A stretch of 64,000 nucleotides of DNA from an uncultured Verrucomicrobiae bacterium (GTDB lineage Bacteria; Verrucomicrobiota; Verrucomicrobiia; Chthoniobacterales; Chthoniobacteraceae). The first letter of the stretch is position 1, and each line of letters opens with the position of its first letter. The position numbers were made by a program, and so were the translations under genes. Below the pieces are notes generated by a model, which saw nothing but the letters and a program-made list of their open reading frames with translations, was not told where the DNA came from and did no database searches. The stretch is taken from assembly GCA_963836755.1 (NCBI GenBank), contig CAWIKF010000002.1, positions 1,952,001 to 2,016,000 of the forward strand, read 5' to 3'. Positions 48,523 to 58,106 of this stretch are shown piece by piece.

Positions 48523-48822
48523 GACCCGACTCCGCTCGCGTCGCGCTACCGCTTCCGCATGAAGCTGGTGGGTGTGCAAAGCGAATACCAGCTCGCGGCG
48601 AGTTCTCCCGCGCCGATGGCGGCGATCGCCGGCGTGCTGCCGGGGCAGACGGTGGAGATCATCGTGCAGGCGGTGAATGGTTCGCTGCAAAGCGTGCCGA
48701 GCGCGAGTGTGACTTTCACCGTGCTTTTGCCGGTGAAGGCGGCGGAAGCGCCGGCTGCAAAAGTGGCGCTGGAGCTGCCTGCGCTGGCGACGAATGGGAA
48801 CGGGAAGCACAGCAGGGTTTAG
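48523..48822 (+). pseudogene. C-terminal fragment of a fibronectin-III-like protein
   Basis: PLASRYRFR...VLPGQTVEIIVQAVNG...PSASVTFTV; no natural start; abrupt GC change near 48522. Confidence 0.55.
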
Positions 48823-48859
48823 GCTTCGACATTAGGATTCACGCAGTTTTTTCCAATGG

Positions 48860-48897
48860 AAGGGGCGGCCGCGCATGATGGCGCTGCCGCCCCTTTT
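48860..48897. terminator. Hairpin terminator
   Basis: AAGGGGCGGC...GCCGCCCCTTTT between the FN3 fragment and tRNA-Val. Confidence 0.65.
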
Positions 48898-49028
48898 CCT
48901 TGTCCAGACGTGTCCCTCCAGCTCACGGAAATTGCACGGATGGGATCCATGGATCCGAAGGGGATCGCCGATCAAGCTTTGACTTGGAAAAACTATTTGC
49001 GCGAGGGGCGCGGCGTGGGGCGGGGGGA

Positions 49029-49103
49029 TGGTGCGCGATACAGGGTTCGAACCTGTGACCCCCTCCGTGTCAGGGAGGTGCTCTACCACTGAGCTAACCG
49101 CGC
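49029..49103 (-). tRNA. tRNA-Val (GAC)
   Basis: GCGCGGT...CCTCC CT GAC AC GGAGG...TTCGAAC...ATCGCGCACCA. Confidence 0.96.
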
Positions 49104-49222
49104 GTTTGTCCGGCCATTCCATCCGCGACTGGGCGAATGGAGCAGCGGAAAATAGTGGGTGCGCCGACGGCTTGCAAGCCTGCTTTTCACACAACGTGAA
49201 TGGCGGATGCGGGCGAAATGGC

Positions 49223-50002
49223 TTACGACTTTGCTTCGCCGTGGCGCTTTAGAAATTCATCCGCGAGATCGCGGTAAGCAGTCGCGCCGAGGCCGTTAGG
49301 ATCGTATTCCATGATGGTTTTGCCAAAGCTCGGCGCTTCGCCGAGGCGCACCGTGCGCGGGATCATCGTCTGATAAACGGTTTCGCCAAAATGCTTGCGC
49401 ACTTCGGCGACGACTTGCTGGCTGAGGTTTGTGCGGCTGTCGTGCATGGTCATGACGATGCCGTGAAGAGTGAGGGCGGAATTCGCGCCGGACGCTCGAA
49501 TTTGCTCGATGACTTGCACGATTTTTGAAAGGCCCTCGAGCGCGAAGTATTCGCACTGGAGCGGGACGAGGAGCTCGTCGGCGGCGGCGAGCGCATTGGT
49601 CATGAGGATGCCAAGCGACGGCGGGCAATCGAATAGCACATAGTCAAACGCCGCATCCTCGCGCAGCGGCCAGAGGACTTCGCGCAGCCGCGTGAGGTGA
49701 TGGTCGCCGCGCGCGACTTCGATTTCTGCTCCGGCGAGGTCGAGATCGGCGGGGACGATGGAAAGCGTCTCGAAGCGCGTGGGGAGAATTTGTTTCGCGA
49801 CGGGGCCCTGGTCGACGAGCGGCTTGTAAATGCTGTGCCCGTCCACGCCCTCGACGCCGAGCGCGCTGGTGGCGTTGCCCTGCGGGTCGAGGTCGATGAG
49901 GAGGACGAATTGCCCCTTGAGCGCGAGGCAGGCGGCGAGGTTGACGGCGGTCGTGGTCTTGCCGACGCCTCCTTTTTGATTGGCCACGGCGATGGTTTTC
50001 AT
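49223..50002 (-). CDS. parA: ParA/Soj family ATPase
   Basis: NQKGGVGKTT, DLDPQGNAT, DCPPSLG, LQCEYFALEG. Confidence 0.93.
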   Translation of the reverse strand: MKTIAVANQKGGVGKTTTAVNLAACLALKGQFVLLIDLDPQGNATSALGVEGVDGHSIYKPLVDQGPVAKQILPTRFETLSIVPADLDLAGAEIEVARGDHHLTRLREVLWPLREDAAFDYVLFDCPPSLGILMTNALAAADELLVPLQCEYFALEGLSKIVQVIEQIRASGANSALTLHGIVMTMHDSRTNLSQQVVAEVRKHFGETVYQTMIPRTVRLGEAPSFGKTIMEYDPNGLGATAYRDLADEFLKRHGEAKS

Positions 50003-50048
50003 TTCTGGAAAGTCTGCGAAACTAGTCGTTCGAAAAATATTGTCCAAC

Positions 50049-52920
50049 ATGAGTGGAGTCGAGCTGAGCGAAAAATTGCTGATGGATGCGGGCGGCTGGC
50101 AGGCGATGAAGCTGGCGCGCGCCCTCTGCGACGCCGGCCGCGTGCTGAGCGCGCATTATGCGCCGCCGGTATTGAAGGGCGTGGTGCAGGACGCGGGCGC
50201 GGAGTTTCGCTCGGGGCTCAAAATCGTGACGCGGACGAATGTGGAAAATATCTGCGGCTGCCGCGCGTCGCGCGAATGGGGGACGATCTGCGCGCATTCG
50301 CTGGCGGTGGGATTGAAGGTGTTGCGGCCAAAGTTGGAGAGAGCGGGGGAGCCTACGGTCTCCGCGCCGAAAGCTGCGGCGGTGATGAGCGGGCCGTTTT
50401 TTTCAACGACGGAAGCCGGCGAGCCGATCGCGCTGCACGTGATTTTGTCGCCGAATTTCCAGGCGGCATGGGAGAAGGATCAGGTGATGGTCGGCGCGGA
50501 AGTCGAGCAGGACGGCGGGCGGATTTTGATTCACGCGCTCGATGCGAAGAAAACTTTTCGCGCGGCGCCGGAAGATTTGCGGGTGATCGAAAAACTGCGC
50601 GAACTCAATGGCGGCGCGCTTTCCGGCATGATGATTCTGCCGCGCGAAAAAGTTCTCGAGCTGCTCGAAAGTCTTGCGCGGGCACCCACGCGTGACTTTT
50701 GGAAAAACTGCGCCAGCCGATGTGGAAGCGCTGCTGAAATCGCTGCGGCCAATCAAAGAGGACCCGCGAATTCCAGACCCCCATGTGGACGCGGAACCGG
50801 CTGCGCCGGAATTTTCGCTTACGCTGGAAGGTTCGCTCAATCATCTGACGGGGCGGCTGCAGGCGACTTACGGCCAGCGGGTCGTCACCGTCGGTCTCAC
50901 GCCGGATGCTGACACTTTCACATTTCCCGATCCCAAAAATGCATCGCGCCGCCTTTCGCGAAATCTCGCTGCCGAGCACGCGGCATTGGAGCGGCTCACT
51001 CGCCACGGCTTCGCAGGCCCGGATACGACCGGGAATTTTACGCTCAAGCGCGAACATTCGATCCTGACATTTCTCGCACAGGAGCTGCCGCAATTAGAGC
51101 GGGAGTGGGCAGTTACGATCGGCGCGCGTTTTACAAACGTGACGCGCGACATCGAGCGCATCACGCCGCGCTTCGACATTCAGCGGTCGGGCCAGGATTG
51201 GTTCGAAATGAGCGTGCATTTGGAAGCGCCGGGCGGGCAAACCTTTTCTGCCGCTGACATCCAGCGCCTACTGCAATCGGGGCAAAATCATGTTCGCCTA
51301 AAAAATAATCGGCTGGCCGTTTTTGATGCGAAGATGCTCGATGAATTCCAAAACGTCCTCGTCGATTGCGCGCCGGAACAGCGGCAGCCCGGCCTCTATC
51401 GCGTGAACCGAATCCATGCCGGCTACATCGACGCGGTGATTGGCGATACGCGCGTCACCGGTGCGGCCGAGTGGAAGGAATGGGCGGCGACGCAACGGCA
51501 GATGAAGGCGCCGCAGCCGATCCCGCTCGGCCAGCTCGACGAGGTGCTGCGCCCTTATCAGAAGCAGGGCGTTTACTGGATGAACTTTCTCGCCGAGAAT
51601 GGATCGGGCGGAATCCTCGCCGACGAAATGGGGCTTGGGAAAACTTTGCAAGCGCTTGCTTTTTTGACGACGCGTGGCCGACCGTCGCTGATCGTCTGCC
51701 CATCTTCGCTCGTTTACAATTGGCAGCGAGAGGCGGAACGTTTTACGCCGGAGCTGCGAACTTTGGCGATCGCCGGGGCAAGTCGCAGCGCTCTCTACGG
51801 AAAGATCAACGAGTCAGATCTCGTGATCACAAGCTACCCGCTGCTTCGCCGAGATTCGGACCGCTACAGAACCTTTGAATTTGCGGCCGTTATTTTGGAC
51901 GAAGCACAGCACATCAAAAATCCTGAGACGCAAAACGCGCAAGCTGCCACGAGCCTGCGCGCAGAAACTCGCTTCGTGCTCACGGGCACGCCGATGGAGA
52001 ATTCGGTCCGTGATTTGTGGTCGATCATGCATTTTGTGAGGCCGGGCTATCTCGGCTCGCATGAAGATTTTCGCGAGCGATATGAGAAACCGATTTCCGG
52101 AAGGGATCGAGAAGCCCAAAACCGGCTGGCGAAACGGATCAAGCCATTTTTGTTGCGCAGATTGAAGAAAATGGTTGCCACGGAATTGCCGGACAAGATT
52201 GAGCAAGTTACTTATTGCGAGCTGACTAACGCTCAGTTGGATATCTACAACCAGATCCTGAAGGAGAGCCGTGCCCAAATCGAAGTCGCGAGCGGAGAGA
52301 AGAATGAAGGCCGACTGAAAATGGTGATGCTGACGGCATTATTGCGCCTCAGGCAGGCCTGCTGCGATCTTCGGCTCTTAAAGCTGGCAACAGATCCCGC
52401 CAACTACTCGGCGAAGCTCGAGTTACTCGACGAACTGCTGCGTGAAGCGATCGACGGCGGACATCGGGTCCTGATTTTTAGCCAGTTCGTTACCATGCTC
52501 CAGCTTCTCCGCAAACATCTTGAGAAGAGTGACACTTCATATTGTTACCTCGACGGCTCAACGAAAAACCGCGGTGAAGAGGTGGACCGATTCCAGAACA
52601 ATCCTGAAATTCCCGTTTTTCTGATCAGCCTCAAAGCCGGCGGCGTCGGCCTCAACCTTACGGGCGCCGACACGGTGATTCATTTCGATCCATGGTGGAA
52701 TCCCGCGGTGGAATCGCAGGCTACCGATCGCGCGCACCGACTCGGCCAAAAAAACATCGTGACGTCATTTAAGCTCATCACGAAAGGCACCGTCGAAGAA
52801 AAGATTCTCAATCTGCAGCAAAAGAAGCGAGACATCATAAACTCGACTATGGGCGATGAACTGGAGATGTCGGCGCTATCACCGGCGGAAATTGCATCAC
52901 TACTCGACGTAGAAGATTGA
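50049..52920 (+). pseudogene. SWIM zinc finger + SNF2 helicase split by a +1 frameshift near 50673-50679
   Basis: CGC...ICAH SWIM in frame 1; LADEMGLGKT, DEAQ, TGTP, QATDRAHRLGQ in frame 2. Confidence 0.8.
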
Positions 52921-53486
52921 TCCGCGGAGCGGGCACAGTCATTGAAAGATCGTCATCCAAACGGCACCAACACCCCACTAGTTTATATTACATATAGTCA
53001 AACGATTTATACGAGTTATAGGTAGATAAAGGCTATAAAAAACGTTCGCAAGGTGCTGGAGATAAGAGAGATAAACGACGCGAAAAAAAATCGAAGTTAT
53101 AGGAAAATAAGGCCGGATTAGAAGCCCTTTTAGAAGCACTTTTCGCGCCTCGATTTTCCACGCCGACTTGCTCACAAACCGGTAGCTCTGGCTTGGCGCC
53201 AGCGCGCGAGCTGATCCGCTTCGCGGCTCGCGCTGCCGCTACCTTCGCTCCGCTCGCAGACTCGCTCCGACGATTTGAGAACAAGCCTTCCAACGTGAGA
53301 AAGAAAGGCTCTGGCACGATCGAAAAGAAGAGTGGGAGAGAAGTCCGCGCAGCTGCGCGCGAGAGAGTCAGACCGAGACCCACGGCAGAGCAGGCGAGAG
53401 AGAAAGAGCCAGGACGAAAGATGACCGTCGCAACGAGAGCCAGGACGAAAGAGAAGACGGTCGCGCGGCACGAAAGAAAAGAATGA

Positions 53487-53528
53487 CCCCAGCCCGCCGA
53501 CGGCCTACGGCAACGGGACGGGCTGGGG
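53487..53528. terminator. Strong hairpin inside the element
   Basis: CCCCAGCCCG...CGGGCTGGGG; A-rich on the left (T tract on the minus strand). Confidence 0.55.
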
Positions 53529-53575
53529 AACCTTTAGAACACATTTCACGCACGACGACATGTCACACACCATGC

Positions 53576-53716
53576 TCATGCAGTCCCCGTGTTCTCGGTG
53601 ATTGGACGACCACCCTTGGCACCGTTCGAACGGGCAGAGAGACGCTTTTTGGCTGACTTGGCCTTGCCGCCACGCTTACCGATTTGCCTCAGGTATTCGC
53701 GTGTTGCGGGGTGCAT
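53576..53716 (-). CDS. 46-aa basic KGG-type peptide (absent from ORF track)
   Basis: MHPATREYLRQIGKRGGKAKSAKKRLSARSNGAKGGRPITENTGTA. Confidence 0.6.
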   Translation of the reverse strand: MHPATREYLRQIGKRGGKAKSAKKRLSARSNGAKGGRPITENTGTA

Positions 53717-54026
53717 AAAAGGCGAGTCTGGCCGCTTCGGTTTTCCAACCGACTCAGCTTAAATAGTTTACAAAATGCGAATGCGACGATTTTGGCCAAT
53801 TTTGGGATTTTGCTAAAAGTTCGGTGCAGTTGTTCACATATAGACAAGGAACAGCGTGCGCTATCGCGCTCGCTGGAAACCGCGTAAAAACGCGGGCCGG
53901 AACCCTCTGCGCCGGCCAAAGCTGGCTCCGCGCCGCTCGCCGCTAGCGCGGACTTCGGGACGACGATCGCCAGCGCGAAGCGGCTCCGCAGGGCTCCAAG
54001 GCCACTAGAACGCGGTTTTGCGGAAC

Positions 54027-54356
54027 TCATGACGCTTCGCCGTGACCTTCGAGCCACAGGCGGATAATCTGCCGCAGAAGCACGGACCGAGTCGGCGGGC
54101 AGAACTGGCGACGGCGGAAATCATCCAGCGCACCGGCCTCGGCCTCAGTCAGCGCAGAGGAGACAATGACCGAGACCTTTTCGAGCTGGGGATTGGCCTT
54201 GGGGCCGCGCTTTTGATCAGGCGGATAGCTGAGAACGGGACTGGAGGTGCCGTTAACGTGCTTGCGAGCGGCGTTTTTGGCACGGATATCGGCGCGGATT
54301 TCCTCAAAGAGCTTGCGCTCCGCAGGAGTATGGAGATTGACGCCACGCCGTCTCAT
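54027..54356 (-). CDS. Ribbon-helix-helix (CopG-like) DNA-binding protein
   Basis: KRGPK followed by VSVIVSSALTEAEAGALDDFRR...PTRSVLLRQIIRLWLE; start 54356 or 54392. Confidence 0.6.
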   Translation of the reverse strand: MRRRGVNLHTPAERKLFEEIRADIRAKNAARKHVNGTSSPVLSYPPDQKRGPKANPQLEKVSVIVSSALTEAEAGALDDFRRRQFCPPTRSVLLRQIIRLWLEGHGEAS

Positions 54357-54589
54357 TTGAACAAGACGTTGGTGCCGTATACAAACCGGCAAAGAAAAAC
54401 TTTGCTGATTTGCAGAATGTAGACAATTGGCCCGTGGTTGCTGGCTTGGCGGGCGAGTTGGTGGACGGACATGCCACCAATCTGGATTTTATATTACATA
54501 TATTGTATGATGTTATTGTTATGTGCTAATGGCACCGCGGCTTACCGTTTTGTGAATAACTAGTGAATGAAACCCTGTGCAGGTTCGCG

Positions 54590-55051
54590 CTAGAGTTTCA
54601 TCTCCCACTCCGCGAGCAAATCCAGAAACCCTGTGGAGGTGCTCGCGGTGCGCAATGCGGATTCCGCGGCGCTCTCTTTGAAGATTCGAGCCAAAGCTCC
54701 GATGATGCGCAGATAATCTGCAGCCATCGCGACTGGCACGCCGATCACAAAAATGTAGTGAATGTTGTTCTTCGTATTCGGGAATGCGATTCCACGCACC
54801 GATCGGCCGACACTAACGACCATGCTCGTTACAAAATTGGTGCGGGCATGCGGGATGCAAATCTCAAACTCGTCGCCGGCAGCGACGCATGGATTCTTGC
54901 TCTTCAGGCTGTTGTAAAATGCGTTCCAGTCACGCACGCGTTCATCTTCTTTTAAAAGCGAGGCGACTTTGAAAATCGCCTCCTCCTGATTCGTCTCCTT
55001 CAAATCGATATCGATGTGCCGGGGCTGAAGAATGCTGGAAATCGTGATCAT
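54590..55051 (-). CDS. PTS EIIA (Ntr/fructose-type) domain protein
   Basis: ICIPHAR phospho-His motif; YLRIIGALARI. Confidence 0.85.
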   Translation of the reverse strand: MITISSILQPRHIDIDLKETNQEEAIFKVASLLKEDERVRDWNAFYNSLKSKNPCVAAGDEFEICIPHARTNFVTSMVVSVGRSVRGIAFPNTKNNIHYIFVIGVPVAMAADYLRIIGALARIFKESAAESALRTASTSTGFLDLLAEWEMKL

Positions 55052-55914
55052 ATGGCAGTGCCGCTCCACTTCAGTTTCTGCCGGAGCACTTCGGAAAAAG
55101 TGAGATCCGGTAGCATGGCGAGCGGCAGCGTATGCTTTGCTTTGGTGATCCGGATGATGTCGCCGCCTTTTATTTTGAGCAGCTCCTGACCATCGACGGT
55201 CAAAAAAACATCCTGCTGTCCGGTGCATGGACGAACGGAAATCCGCGATTGGTCGCTGACGATGACCGAGCGGTTTGTCAGCACATGAGGGCAGATCGGT
55301 GTGATGACAAATACGCCGCAGTCCGGCATCAAGATCGGTCCGCCTGCTGACAAAGAATAAGCTGTGGAGCCGGTCGGCGTGGAAATCACCAATCCATCGG
55401 CGTTGTATTCGGTAAGCACATTTCCGTCGATCCGCGTTTCGAGCCGGATCAAGCGCGACATCTCGCCGCGGCTGATGACAGCGTCATTCAATCCAATGCG
55501 CCGGCCTGTAATGCGGCCACCGCTTTCGATCTCCACTTCGAGCAATGTCCGCTGGCTCAGGATGAAATTTCCCGCGACGATGCAGTCGACCGCGAGCGCG
55601 TGCGAGGAGGAGCTGACGCAGGTCAAAAATCCCAGCGAGCCGAGATTGATGCCGAAGATCGGTTTCAGCCTCTCGCCCAAATCATGAAGCACTTGCAAAA
55701 TCGTCCCGTCCCCGCCCAGCACGACAAGAATTTCGCACGCTGCACCGAGATCATGCGAGGAGCCGGCAGATTTCTCGCCGATCAATTCCGCCGTTTTCGT
55801 TTCGAAAAAAATCGTTGCGTTGTGGCGATGAAATTCGGCCTGCAACTTTTTCACCAACTCCGCTGCACCCGGCTTCCCCGCATGCGCGATGATCCCAATC
55901 AATGGCGCAGACAT
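55048..55914 (-). CDS. nadK: NAD kinase
   Basis: GGDGT, GINLGSLGFL, LND, STPTGSTAYSLSAGGP. Confidence 0.96.
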   Translation of the reverse strand: MSAPLIGIIAHAGKPGAAELVKKLQAEFHRHNATIFFETKTAELIGEKSAGSSHDLGAACEILVVLGGDGTILQVLHDLGERLKPIFGINLGSLGFLTCVSSSSHALAVDCIVAGNFILSQRTLLEVEIESGGRITGRRIGLNDAVISRGEMSRLIRLETRIDGNVLTEYNADGLVISTPTGSTAYSLSAGGPILMPDCGVFVITPICPHVLTNRSVIVSDQSRISVRPCTGQQDVFLTVDGQELLKIKGGDIIRITKAKHTLPLAMLPDLTFSEVLRQKLKWSGTAI

Positions 55915-56642
55915 GCGAGAAATTCCTGGTTTCCCTCCGCGCCGAGAATCGGCGACGCGATCACCCCAGCCCATGTTTTGCCAAGCGCGCCGGTCACAAA
56001 ATCGTGCACACGGTTGACCACCCGCTCGCGGTCCGCCACGTCGCGCACGATACCGCCTTTGCCCACCTCGTCTTTGCCCAGCTCGAACTGCGGCTTGATG
56101 AGCGCGACAATCACGCCCGTTGGAATCAGCAATTTGAATGCGGCTGGCAAGATCAAACTCAGCGAGATGAAGGAGACGTCGATCACGCAAAGTGCGATCG
56201 CGTCCGGCACATCCTCTTTACCTAAATAGCGCGCGTTTAATTTTTCACGCACGACCACGCGGGAATCGCTGCGGATCTTCCAATGAAGCTGCCTGTGGCC
56301 GACATCGATCGCGTGCACTTTCGCGGCGCCGTGTTGCAAAAGACAATCGGTAAAGCCGCCGGTCGAAGCGCCGATATCCAGGCAAGTTTGACCCGCCGGA
56401 TTGATGTCAAAGTGCGCCAGCGCCGCTTCGAGTTTCAAGCCGCCGCGACCGACATAACGGCTCGCGCTTTTGACAAAAATTTCCGCGTCCTCGACGATCC
56501 GCGTCCCCGCTTTGTCCACAGTCGCATCCCCTACTCGCACCTCGCCGGCCATGATTGCGCGCTGCGCTTTTTCGCGGCTCTCAAACAAACCGCGCGCGAC
56601 CAGCAGTTGGTCCAGACGTTGCGAGGCAGGTTTTTGAGCCAT
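55899..56642 (-). CDS. tlyA: TlyA family rRNA methyltransferase
   Basis: S4 domain; GRGGLKL, DIGASTGGFTD, DVSFISL, KPQFE. Confidence 0.95.
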   Translation of the reverse strand: MAQKPASQRLDQLLVARGLFESREKAQRAIMAGEVRVGDATVDKAGTRIVEDAEIFVKSASRYVGRGGLKLEAALAHFDINPAGQTCLDIGASTGGFTDCLLQHGAAKVHAIDVGHRQLHWKIRSDSRVVVREKLNARYLGKEDVPDAIALCVIDVSFISLSLILPAAFKLLIPTGVIVALIKPQFELGKDEVGKGGIVRDVADRERVVNRVHDFVTGALGKTWAGVIASPILGAEGNQEFLACLRH

Positions 56643-56714
56643 TGAGTGCGACGGCGCGCGATGAAATAATTGCTTGAACCTGCACGGCTTTCAAACGATT
56701 AACCGAACCCCCGA

Positions 56715-56975
56715 ATGGCTCCTGAAATTTTGAAAGATTCCATCAAGGAAATGATGGTCGAAAATTTGATGCTCAAAACGCCGAAGGAAGAAATCGGCGA
56801 CGACCTGCCGCTTTTTGGCGCCGAAGGTCTCGGGCTGGATTCGATTGACGCGCTCGAGCTCGTCGTCTCGCTCGAGAAAAATTACGGCGTCAGCGTGCCA
56901 AACTCCGATGTTGCGAAAAACGCGCTCGCGACGGTCAATACTATTGCAGCTTACATCGAAGCGAACCGGAAGTAG
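56715..56975 (+). CDS. Acyl carrier protein (second, divergent)
   Basis: PLFGAEGLGLDSIDALEL. Confidence 0.9.
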   Translation: MAPEILKDSIKEMMVENLMLKTPKEEIGDDLPLFGAEGLGLDSIDALELVVSLEKNYGVSVPNSDVAKNALATVNTIAAYIEANRK

Positions 56976-57071
56976 CGCGCTACGCGGATGATCTGGCCGC
57001 TGCGACGGTCGCGCCTTGAAACACGCAAGAAAAAATTGCACGCGGCGAATTGAGCCGCCACAATCCAGCAC

Positions 57072-58106
57072 GTGCTGCATGCCTTGACCCCGTCCGGCAA
57101 TTTGAAATTACCATCCCTCGACCGCGAAAAATATCGTCAGGCTTATCGCTGGATGCTGCTTGCGCGCCTGGCTGAAGAAAAGTTGGCGAATCTTTACCGC
57201 GGCGGCAAAATTCAGGGCGGCGTCTTCACGGGCAAAGGCCAGGAAGCGCTCTCAGTTTCACTCGGAATGTCACTGCGCAAAGGCGACATTTTCGCGCCGC
57301 TCATTCGCGACCAGGCAGGCCGACTGGCCTTTGGCGAAAGCCTTCTCGATGCCACGCGCACTTACATGGGCTCGCGCCTCGGGCCGATGCGCGGTCGCGA
57401 CGGCAATGTGCATCGCGGCCGCCCGCGCGACGGACTTTTCGCGATGATCAGTCATCTGGGCGCGATGATCCCAGCGGTCGCGGGCGCGCTTTTGGCGAAG
57501 CGGCGAAAAGGCGAAACCGATTTCGTCGGCGCGACATGTCTCGGCGATGGCGGCACTTCGACGGGCGCTTTTCACGAAGGCCTCAATCTCGCGGCCGTGG
57601 AAAAATTGCCGCTCGTCCTCATCGTCGCGAACAATCAATACGCCTACTCCACACCGACGTGCCGGCAATTCGCATGCGCCGATCTCGTGGACAAAGCGGC
57701 AGGCTACGGCGTCACAGGCCTGAGCGTCGACGGGACCGATTTAAAAGCCTGCATGGAAGTCGTTGGCAATGCCGTGCAAAGTGCGCGCGACGGGCGCGGG
57801 CCGCAGCTCATCGTCGCGTCGCTGCTCCGGCTCGGCGGCCATGGCGAGCACGACGATGCGCATTATGTAGATCAAAAGTTAAAGAATGCGGATGTGGGGC
57901 GCGACTGCATCAAGCTCGCCGAGAATTTCCTGCGCGAAAACGATTGGGTCGAGTCCGGGGAGCTGGAGCGCTGGCGTGCCGAAGCCCTTCAACAAATCGA
58001 GGAGACCGTCGCGACCGTGCAGCGCGAGCCCGCGCCCGATCCGGATCTCGATGATTGGCGCGCGCTGGCCACGCAGCATTTGTGCGAGGGCTTTTGCGAG
58101 CCATGA
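57072..58106 (+). CDS. 2-oxoacid dehydrogenase E1 alpha
   Basis: GQEA; GDG...NN TPP-binding motif. Confidence 0.92.
   Translation: MLHALTPSGNLKLPSLDREKYRQAYRWMLLARLAEEKLANLYRGGKIQGGVFTGKGQEALSVSLGMSLRKGDIFAPLIRDQAGRLAFGESLLDATRTYMGSRLGPMRGRDGNVHRGRPRDGLFAMISHLGAMIPAVAGALLAKRRKGETDFVGATCLGDGGTSTGAFHEGLNLAAVEKLPLVLIVANNQYAYSTPTCRQFACADLVDKAAGYGVTGLSVDGTDLKACMEVVGNAVQSARDGRGPQLIVASLLRLGGHGEHDDAHYVDQKLKNADVGRDCIKLAENFLRENDWVESGELERWRAEALQQIEETVATVQREPAPDPDLDDWRALATQHLCEGFCEP

Larger units (their letters stand above)
43926..49052. mobile_element. Degenerate genomic island integrated at the 3' end of tRNA-Val; no integrase present
   Basis: TGCGCGATACAG-TTCGAAC (43926-43944) repeats tRNA-Val TGCGCGATACAG-GG-TTCGAAC (49032-49052); mosaic cargo in between. 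Confidence 0.8.
52980..54513. mobile_element. 1.5-kb element between two dif-like sites (candidate Xer-exploiting element)
   Basis: TTTATATTACATATA direct repeat at 52982-52996 and 54488-54502; RHH gene, small basic ORF and hairpin-rich DNA inside. Confidence 0.65.

Noticed and set aside
48439..48822. 127-aa ORF as an intact gene
   Set aside because: Chimeric: the first ~28 codons are the antisense of an AT-richer cassette remnant, and the remainder is an FN3-like tail.
53033..53553. ORFs 53033-53383, 53172-53471, 53193-53486 and 53368-53553
   Set aside because: Low-complexity translations of a purine/pyrimidine-skewed tract, with no recognisable motifs.
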